Shown piece after piece: positions 25,809 to 32,000 of a stretch of 32,000 nucleotides of DNA. This stretch comes from Candidatus Saccharimonadota bacterium (lineage in GTDB: Archaea > Micrarchaeota > Micrarchaeia > Micrarchaeales > Micrarchaeaceae), in NCBI GenBank assembly GCA_021654395.1, contig AP024486.1:660001-692000 (forward strand), in the 5' to 3' direction. The notes under the pieces were generated by a model. It was not told the DNA's origin. It searched no databases and saw only the letters and a program-made list of their open reading frames with translations. Made by a program: the position numbers and the translations under genes. Position 1 is the first letter of the stretch; each line of letters begins with the position of its first letter.

Positions 25809-26987
25809 TCACCTAACTCTTTCAATATAAAGGGCTGTAGCTCCGCCTGTTCCGTGGCAGATACTCGCTATACCATTATCAGCATTGAGCTTATCCATAG
25901 CAGATAGTAGTGTTGCGACTATCCTAGAGCCGCTAGCCCCTATAGGATGACCTATCGCTATCGCTCCTCCTAGTATATTAAGCTTACTGTATGGTATATT
26001 AAGCTCCTTATTCATCAATGCACTGCTTACTGCAAATGCCTCATTATTCTCAAATACTGCTATATCTTCTATACTCTTATCTATCTTTCTTAATAGCTTT
26101 CTTACAGACTCTACAGGAGCATAAACGAATCTCTCTGGCTTAACACCTACTATCTCATAAGCCTTTATAACTGCTTTTGCCTTTATATTATTCTCTTTAA
26201 TAAATCTCTCACTAGCTAATAATGCGATAGATGCTCCATCAGAGATCTGTGATGATGTAGCTGCGGTATGCAATCCATTCTCTCCAAATGCTGGTTTTAA
26301 AGCAGAGATCTTACTCATATCTGTATCATAGCGTATCCCTTCATCCTTATCTACTACAGAGCTACCTACAGCTACTGGAACTATCTCTTTGAATAGCTTC
26401 TTCTCTGTTGCCTCTGCTGCTCTCTTATGACTCTCATATGCTACTCTATCTAGCTCTTCTCTTTTTATACTAAACTCCTTTGCAATCTCATCAGCCTCTA
26501 CTCCCATTAGCTTATTATTAAAAGGATCTGTTAGACCGTCGTACTGCATAGTATCTATTATGTCTAGCCTGCTTTGATTTAGCATCTTAACGCCCCATCT
26601 TATATGGTGCTTTATAGCGAAATGAGCCTGACTCATGCTCTCTGTGCCTCCTGCAACTACTAGATCTGCATTACCTGCTTTTATGAAGTTATATGCATTT
26701 ATCATTGAAAGCATCCCTGATGAGCATACCATATCCAGAGAGAATGAATCTGCATTATATGGTACATCTGCCTTTATTGCTACCTGCCTTGCAATATTCT
26801 GACCATGGCCTGCTCTTAGTACATTACCTATAATTGTTAGATCTATCTTGCTCTTATCTATGCCGCTTCTTCTTAGAAGCTCCTTAAGAAGTGATGCTGC
26901 CAGATCTACAGGAGAGATATCTTTCAGTAATCCTCCAAACTTTCCTATAGGCGTTCTTCCTATATCTATTATATATACATCCTGCAT
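25809..26987 (-). CDS. Acetyl-CoA C-acetyltransferase (thiolase)
   Basis: 392 aa. It has IGRTPIGKFGG, a catalytic Cys context (DMVCSSGM), NEAFA, GHPIGASG and a C-terminal ICHGTGGATA. Confidence 0.9.
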   Translation of the reverse strand: MQDVYIIDIGRTPIGKFGGLLKDISPVDLAASLLKELLRRSGIDKSKIDLTIIGNVLRAGHGQNIARQVAIKADVPYNADSFSLDMVCSSGMLSMINAYNFIKAGNADLVVAGGTESMSQAHFAIKHHIRWGVKMLNQSRLDIIDTMQYDGLTDPFNNKLMGVEADEIAKEFSIKREELDRVAYESHKRAAEATEKKLFKEIVPVAVGSSVVDKDEGIRYDTDMSKISALKPAFGENGLHTAATSSQISDGASIALLASERFIKENNIKAKAVIKAYEIVGVKPERFVYAPVESVRKLLRKIDKSIEDIAVFENNEAFAVSSALMNKELNIPYSKLNILGGAIAIGHPIGASGSRIVATLLSAMDKLNADNGIASICHGTGGATALYIERVR

Positions 26988-26996
26988 CTCATCGCC

Positions 26997-28562
26997 TCAG
27001 TAATGAACATACAGCTCTTTAATAGAGTCCTTATAAGAGTAAGCAAACTCTCCAGTTCCATCCTCATACCTTCTTATTATCCTAAAGCCTTCTGGAAGGC
27101 TCTTAAGATTTAAGAATGCTAAGTCTTTCTTTACTAGATTTGTATCTGTTATAGTTCTTTTAGCATCTCCTCTAACAAGCTCTCTATGGATTATCTCATA
27201 CTGCATATCGTTTATCTCTACCTTATCCTTATCTTTTATCACTATATGCTGCTTAGCTGTATTAAGATCTGCTAGCACATTAATAGAGAAGACCTTTGCT
27301 ATAGCTCCGCTTCCATAGAAGCCTAGTAGTCCGGATCTGCCCTTTAGATCCTTGTTAAGCAATAGACTTGATAGTGCTATTAACGCTGAGCTTGAGTATG
27401 AATTACCTATAACTGAAGGGAGCTTTAATGCATCATTTATGCTTAGCTTCTCTACGAATGCTTTAAACTCTTGAGTATTTCTTAGACGCTTTAACCATTC
27501 CCAGTAGCTGTTTATCTCATTATCATTCTCTATATATTCTATAAAGCTCCTCTCACTAGTTGATCTTATGTTGCTGCTCTTAAACTTTCTATCCATTAGC
27601 GCTGTAAATCTTTCCTTTATTGGCTCTTCTCCCACTTCTGCTCTACTTGTAAGAATCTTTAGTAATGACTCATTCTCTCTTAGCCTATGTGCAAATAAGA
27701 AGCTTGCAAAGTATATCGCTTGCTTAGGAAATGGAACATGAGTAACAAAGAAGCTTATCTCTTTCTTATTATCTCTCTCAAGCTCCTCTAGAGCCTTTCC
27801 CATACTATAAACATATATTCTCTCAGAGAACTTGCCATGTACAACAGGTATCTCATCGCCAAACTTTGTAAAGTCAGCTAATGGCATATTAAAGCTGCCT
27901 TCTCCATAGTTCATATCTACCTCAAATAGCTCTGGATCTTTAGTAACCCATAATGCTACAGCCCCTGCTCCTTGAGTATATTCAGCGTTAGGAGCCTTAT
28001 AGTCTTCATAGACAGCAGTATCTGCAGTTATTACTATAGCTGATTCTTTCTTATTCATTGTATCTAGTGCTCTTATCTTTGATACTGCCTCTATTAAAGC
28101 TATACCTCCACCAGCACATGCAAATGTTATTGGAACTATAGCTGATTTCCTAAGCATCTCTGCTATCTTATCTGCATATGGATTACTATCATCATATAGC
28201 TTTGATATAACAATAAGCAATGCACTCTCTAGCTCTGGCCTTGATCTATCCGGATTGCTCTCTGAAGAGTAGTATATTGTATTTATTGGCTCTTTTAGTA
28301 GCTTATCTATATGACTATCTGCTATATGCTTTATTAGCTCGTATATAGCATCTGCTGTAAATGTTAAGTTTGATTCAGAAAATGAAGGAACTCTAATCTC
28401 ATTTATGCCTAAGCCATTGACTATCTTTTGTGTATCGTTCTTAACCGCCTCTTCTAGATTCTCTACTCCCTTTCTCTTATTGACAGCTCTTGCTATATTC
28501 TCCGGCTTTATGTATAAAGAAGGAAGGCCTATAGCAATATCGTTAACTCCATAGCTGCTCAT
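26997..28562 (-). CDS. Hydroxymethylglutaryl-CoA synthase, long form resembling the bacterial/eukaryotic type
   Basis: 521 aa. It has a catalytic Cys context (FACAGGG), ADTAVYE...AEYTQGAGAVALWV, THVPFPKQA and GNSYSSSALIALSSLL. The C-terminal EINDMQYEIIH...FRIIRRYEDGTGEFAY resembles mvaS-type ends. Confidence 0.75.
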   Translation of the reverse strand: MSSYGVNDIAIGLPSLYIKPENIARAVNKRKGVENLEEAVKNDTQKIVNGLGINEIRVPSFSESNLTFTADAIYELIKHIADSHIDKLLKEPINTIYYSSESNPDRSRPELESALLIVISKLYDDSNPYADKIAEMLRKSAIVPITFACAGGGIALIEAVSKIRALDTMNKKESAIVITADTAVYEDYKAPNAEYTQGAGAVALWVTKDPELFEVDMNYGEGSFNMPLADFTKFGDEIPVVHGKFSERIYVYSMGKALEELERDNKKEISFFVTHVPFPKQAIYFASFLFAHRLRENESLLKILTSRAEVGEEPIKERFTALMDRKFKSSNIRSTSERSFIEYIENDNEINSYWEWLKRLRNTQEFKAFVEKLSINDALKLPSVIGNSYSSSALIALSSLLLNKDLKGRSGLLGFYGSGAIAKVFSINVLADLNTAKQHIVIKDKDKVEINDMQYEIIHRELVRGDAKRTITDTNLVKKDLAFLNLKSLPEGFRIIRRYEDGTGEFAYSYKDSIKELYVHY

Positions 28563-28743
28563 ATTAATCGCTTTATATATTATTGAAATGATTACTTTTT
28601 AAAGTAAGAGATGCATAACGTTTTTTGTCTAATAATATTTAGCCTTTTGTAGAATTAAAGGCCATTAAATAATGTATTTATAGATTACCTATCTTAATGA
28701 TTTAAAAATCATACTAACATTAAATAATTATAATGTCTATAAA

Positions 28744-28815
28744 AGGGCTCGTAGCTCAGGAGTAGAGCGCTCGCTTTGCAAGCGAGAGGTCGCGGGTGCG
28801 AATCCCGCCGAGTCC
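28744..28815 (+). tRNA. tRNA-Ala(UGC)
   Basis: Hand fold: acceptor GGGCTCG pairs with CGAGTCC and includes the G3:U70 alanine identity pair. The anticodon arm is CTCGC-TTTGCAA-GCGAG, the T arm is GCGGG-TGCGAAT-CCCGC, and the discriminator is A. It is 72 nt with no encoded CCA, and a T-run follows. Confidence 0.92.
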
Positions 28816-28908
28816 ATCTTTATTTTACTAAAACCTTTAAGAATTTAATCTTTAAGATTGAGATATTTCTGAAAATAAGATAAAATTATAAGAGAACACA
28901 GATAAACT

Positions 28909-30516
28909 CTAAACCTTGTTAACAGTCCCGAATGTATAGGATGGCTCAACACCATCTGGAGGATATGCGGCAGAGTAATAATCTACTGGATTATTGCTCC
29001 AAAGTGCGAAATATGCTTGTGTAGGATGCATATTTGCATAATCATACTCTATAGCATAGTCTCCAGGGTTAGCTGTAGAAGACGAGTACTCATTTGCTCC
29101 TTGTACTTTCCACTCATTTATTAAATTTGCAGGATTAGATGAGCCTCCAAGCCAGCTCGTAAATGATGATGGAGCATTACCAGAATAGCCAATTATACCT
29201 CCATCATCCAGTACAACATAGAATACTGTTGGATTACTTAGATGAATAAAGCCTATCTGCTTTATTACATAAGCGTTTAATTCATTTGCTACAGGAGGAT
29301 TTGGAAAGCCCGTGCCTCCAGAATAGCCGTACTGATAGTTATCTATAACGTAGTTCTCTGTATTTCCATTTACATTTTGAGTAGATCCAGATACAGCCGT
29401 AAGAAACGGTTGCGTTGATGCTGAAAAAGTGCATGAAGTTCCAAAGCTTGAGCTATATCCATCATAAAGCTGTGCCTGATAAACATCAGATGGATTTGGA
29501 ACTATATACTCTGAGTTGCAATAGTATATCTGATATATCAGACCAGGGTTCATCACATTCTGAATATTATCGTATTCGCCAAAAGTAGGAGATAACTGGG
29601 CTGCTTCACCAACATTATTACCATTAAAGAAGTTTGTTGTTTTTGAACCAAATCCTATGCTTATAACCTTATTTGAATTTGCTGGTATAGATCCTATCTT
29701 AACCCAGAATACTGCCTCGCTTGAATTTATACTCTGTAGCCATGAAGGAATTATTGTTTGATTGTTGAAGTAAAAGAACTCTACATTATCTCCTGCATTA
29801 CTTCCTGTATTTATATAATTCCATAATGGTGAGCTTGATGTTATAACTATCTCTTGCTGGAATGGATCTGGTGTTGGTTGATTCTGATTATTTGATAGTG
29901 TTATATTTGCATAGTACTGAATACCTGATGGAACTGGTATTGTAGTTGTAGAGGTTGTTGATGTAGATGTTGTAGATGTTGAAGTTGTTGATATTGTCGT
30001 AGATACAGATGTTGTTGATATTAATTCTGGAGTAGAGTGCAGAGTGACTGCAAGATTCGATACACCAGGGAAGTCTGTAAATATATCATAATACTTGACT
30101 ACAACATAGCCCGAGTATATAGATCCAGTTTTACCTATAAATGGATTGCCATTATCATAACAAGTAACTGCTAGCTCTACTGACTGACCCGGCTCTAATG
30201 TAACCTGTGGGGTTACATTCTGGAATATTAAATTGTTTAGATTATTTGAGCATGCTATAGCTGTTATATTTATTGGATTCTGATGATCGGATGTTATCTG
30301 CACCAGAACCTTACCAGAGGTGTTTAGTATTGCCTTATTACAGTATATATTATTCTGGCTTTCACAGACATTAGATACAAATGTAGAGCTATTGAAAACA
30401 TGCAGATATATAAGTATAATTAGCACTATGGCTATTATTAATAAGGCCCAACCATAAGTATTTAAGAAGTCAATTGCAGCTTGAATACGTAGATTACTGC
30501 GTTTACTTTTACTCAT
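28909..30516 (-). CDS. Surface protein with a class III (archaeal type IV pilin-like) signal peptide, a Ser/Thr linker, a DUF2341-like domain and a PA14-like C-terminal domain
   Basis: 535 aa.
- The N-terminus KRSNLRIQAAIDFLNTYGWALLIIAIVLIILIYL matches the (K/R)(G/A)Q..(I/M)(E/D)(F/Y)L.TYGWA pilin-like signature.
- Residues 167-192 are an S/T run.
- NVEFFYFNNQTIIPSWLQSINSSEAVFWVKIGSIPANSNKVISIGFG fits the D.RF...g..LpyWie...a.vWVKvp.i....i.iYYG pattern of DUF2341.
- GLIYQIYY...VVLDDGGIIGYSG...GDYAIEYDYAN...YFALWS fits PA14. Confidence 0.65.
   Translation of the reverse strand: MSKSKRSNLRIQAAIDFLNTYGWALLIIAIVLIILIYLHVFNSSTFVSNVCESQNNIYCNKAILNTSGKVLVQITSDHQNPINITAIACSNNLNNLIFQNVTPQVTLEPGQSVELAVTCYDNGNPFIGKTGSIYSGYVVVKYYDIFTDFPGVSNLAVTLHSTPELISTTSVSTTISTTSTSTTSTSTTSTTTIPVPSGIQYYANITLSNNQNQPTPDPFQQEIVITSSSPLWNYINTGSNAGDNVEFFYFNNQTIIPSWLQSINSSEAVFWVKIGSIPANSNKVISIGFGSKTTNFFNGNNVGEAAQLSPTFGEYDNIQNVMNPGLIYQIYYCNSEYIVPNPSDVYQAQLYDGYSSSFGTSCTFSASTQPFLTAVSGSTQNVNGNTENYVIDNYQYGYSGGTGFPNPPVANELNAYVIKQIGFIHLSNPTVFYVVLDDGGIIGYSGNAPSSFTSWLGGSSNPANLINEWKVQGANEYSSSTANPGDYAIEYDYANMHPTQAYFALWSNNPVDYYSAAYPPDGVEPSYTFGTVNKV
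29941..30018. repeat. Low-complexity GTTG/GTAG-rich tract encoding the Ser/Thr linker of the pilin-like protein
   Basis: The plus strand reads TGTAGTTGTAGAGGTTGTTGATGTAGATGTTGTAGATGTTGAAGTTGTTGATATTGTCGTAGATACAGATGTTGTTGA. On the minus strand this encodes STTSVSTTISTTSTSTTSTSTTSTTT. Confidence 0.8.
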
Positions 30517-30556
30517 AATATCAGCTTATCATTTAAAAGCTTTTAAATCTAGTGCT

Positions 30557-31195
30557 TTATCTATTAGCATTAAATGCCTTTATGCACTCCTTAATAGTAA
30601 CCTCTATGGTCTTTAGCTCTTCTTCATAAGATAGACTTGGAATGTTTGATCTTGTGAAATAGTGAATATTCTTTCTATCTATAACTTGCTTATGTATTAA
30701 TGGCAGATGTATAAAGCCAGCATATCTTATACTATTCTCTTCAGCGGCTTCCATGATAGCATAGAATAGCTCATTTGAGAGATATGTATCAGCATAGAAA
30801 GAGAACTCTGCGGGTATGCCTTCATTCTCTATGGCAGATCTTATTTCATTGAAAGGCAGAGATGTAAAGTAAGCATCCTTGCCATTCTTGTTTATCTTCT
30901 CCTCTATTACATCTCCATTAGAATCTACAAAGTAGAAATAGTTTATGGCTACTCTCTCGATTGTTATGCTGCCCTTTGTAGCAGCTAAGCCCATGCCTAT
31001 AACAATAGAGGGCTTTATGCTACTTATAAGCTCTTTAGCTCTATCATAAGCATATCTGTGCTCTACTTTGATCTCAAATCCTCTAATATTAAATCCATCT
31101 ATTATCTTACTGTTTAACCTCTTAGCTATATCCCCACTCTGATTAAAGCTATAGCTTAAGAATGGGCCAAAGCCTATTAGAAGTACATCTTGCAT
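30557..31195 (-). CDS. pcp: Pyrrolidone-carboxylate (pyroglutamyl) peptidase I homologue, peptidase C15 fold, with Ser at the nucleophile position
   Basis: 212 aa. It has VLLIGFGPF, the general-acid context ITIERVAINY (E80) and the His context AGFIHLP (H163). The expected nucleophile motif (A/S)G.Y.CN..(F/M)Y reads ADTYLSNELFY, with S140 encoded by TCA (30778-30776). Confidence 0.8.
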   Translation of the reverse strand: MQDVLLIGFGPFLSYSFNQSGDIAKRLNSKIIDGFNIRGFEIKVEHRYAYDRAKELISSIKPSIVIGMGLAATKGSITIERVAINYFYFVDSNGDVIEEKINKNGKDAYFTSLPFNEIRSAIENEGIPAEFSFYADTYLSNELFYAIMEAAEENSIRYAGFIHLPLIHKQVIDRKNIHYFTRSNIPSLSYEEELKTIEVTIKECIKAFNANR

Positions 31196-31276
31196 GAAGC
31201 TCTATCTTAAACTTATTATAGAATATAGATTCAATATTATTAAAGCTTTATATTAAAGTTATATGTAAAGAGAGAC

Positions 31277-32000
31277 ATGAGCAAGCAGCATATAAGCTTA
31301 GCAGTTGCTACTGCAGTAGGTTTGGGAGCAATAATAGGAGCAGGAATATTCGTCTTAAGTGGAACTGCTATAGCGTTAGCAGGAAGTCTATCCCTAGCTG
31401 TTTTCGTAGTAGTTGGAGTAATATCAATACTTATAGCCTTTCATATAGCTGAGCTTGCCTCGTTAATGCCTAGGCTTAAAGGAGCTTCTTACTCTTATGC
31501 CTATGAAGCCTTTGGAAGCGAGCTTGGCTTTATAACTGGTATAATCTTCTACTTTGGATATGCAACAGCAATATCTGTAGTTGCCTTAGGATTCGGATCT
31601 TATGCCTCTAGCTTAATAGGCTTAAGTAGCATATACTCTAGAGCTATAGGTATAATCTTAATTCTAGTATTAGCATTATTAAACACATACGGAATTAACA
31701 GAGCAGCAAGGGTTGACTCTGTGCTTGTTTATATAAAGATATCTATACTGATTATCTTTAGTATATTTGCTATCTATATATCTCTAACTAAAGGATTCTT
31801 CCATCTAAGTAACTTTAGCATTACCGCTTCTAATCTTAGTATAGTCTCATTATTCTCTGCTGCTGTGGCTGTCTTCTTTGCCTATACCGGCTTCCAGGTT
31901 ATAGCTACATTCATAAGCAATATAGAAGGAGGTCCAAGGATAGGAGCCAAAGCTATTATACTCTCTGTTACCATAAGCACTATAATATACTGCCTAGTAG
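31277..32000 (+). CDS. Amino acid permease (APC superfamily), N-terminal part; the gene runs off the window edge
   Basis: Manual translation from the ATG at 31277 gives MSKQHISLAVATAVGLGAIIGAGIFVLSGTAIALAGS...LASLMPRLKGASYSYAYEAFG. The G.GAIIGAGIFV.-G motif and continuous TM segments are typical of APC transporters. The frame is open to 32000. Confidence 0.75.
   Translation, partial: MSKQHISLAVATAVGLGAIIGAGIFVLSGTAIALAGSLSLAVFVVVGVISILIAFHIAELASLMPRLKGASYSYAYEAFGSELGFITGIIFYFGYATAISVVALGFGSYASSLIGLSSIYSRAIGIILILVLALLNTYGINRAARVDSVLVYIKISILIIFSIFAIYISLTKGFFHLSNFSITASNLSIVSLFSAAVAVFFAYTGFQVIATFISNIEGGPRIGAKAIILSVTISTIIYCLV

Noticed and set aside
9854-25825. The track shows N-terminal extensions of several ORFs: 9865 (TTG), 10616 (GTG), 11120 (TTG), 25825 (TTG) and 12783 (ATG, overlapping sdhA by 26 nt).
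   Set aside because: The extensions begin on non-ATG codons or overlap the upstream gene heavily. A nearby downstream ATG gives a conventional N-terminus and, in two cases, has an SD-like motif. The shorter models were used.
26997-27500. The extra length of the HMG-CoA synthase might have been a fused DUF35 (zinc-ribbon + OB) scaffold domain.
   Set aside because: The C-terminal ~170 aa contains no cysteines, so it has no CxxC zinc ribbon. It reads like the normal C-terminal region of mvaS-type enzymes.
28690-28720. There is an AT-only inverted repeat (ATGATTT-AA-AAATCAT) upstream of tRNA-Ala.
   Set aside because: It is a 7-bp all-A/T stem with a 2-nt loop, which is thermodynamically negligible and expected by chance at this base composition.
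1-32000. I looked for a CRISPR array, a transposase or IS element, long dispersed repeats and toxin-antitoxin-sized gene pairs.
   Set aside because: Reading the window found no regularly spaced repeats, no terminal inverted repeats and no recognisable transposase, integrase or Cas motifs. Exhaustive repeat detection needs a computational self-alignment that I could not run.

Overview
This is an AT-rich, densely coded chromosomal window, and it is almost certainly archaeal. The support is a tRNA(CAU) with a canonical 37/38 intron, a protein with a class III (type IV pilin-like) signal peptide, a two-subunit 2-oxoacid:ferredoxin oxidoreductase, mevalonate-pathway entry enzymes, a SQD1/Agl3-type UDP-sulfoquinovose synthase and GGTGA-type Shine-Dalgarno motifs. 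I cannot name the organism; a small-genome acidophile or DPANN-like lineage is only a guess.

Layout:
- 1-9.9 kb: a surface-glycan cluster with a GT-C enzyme, a carbamoyltransferase, a COG1373 ATPase, an FkbM methyltransferase, two GT4 genes and a decayed GT fragment. It includes a visibly lower-GC sub-island.
- 10-14.5 kb: HAD and DUF302 genes, then a complex II operon (sdhA, sdhB, an unusual Cys/His-rich anchor and an untracked 53-aa membrane ORF).
- 14.5-23 kb: a stomatin homologue, the sulfoquinovose synthase, a small VirB2/TrbC-like membrane protein, an SDR, a MinD/ParA ATPase, tRNA-Met, an orphan 381-aa protein, asnS and a dolichol kinase-like gene.
- 23-28.6 kb: one tight operon, HMG-CoA synthase - thiolase - OFOR alpha - OFOR beta.
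- 28.7-32 kb: tRNA-Ala, a pilin-anchored DUF2341/PA14-like putative adhesin, a pyroglutamyl peptidase with Cys-to-Ser at the nucleophile position, and a partial amino-acid permease.

No CRISPR array, transposase or integrase was seen. All homology calls come from motif recall, not database searches.
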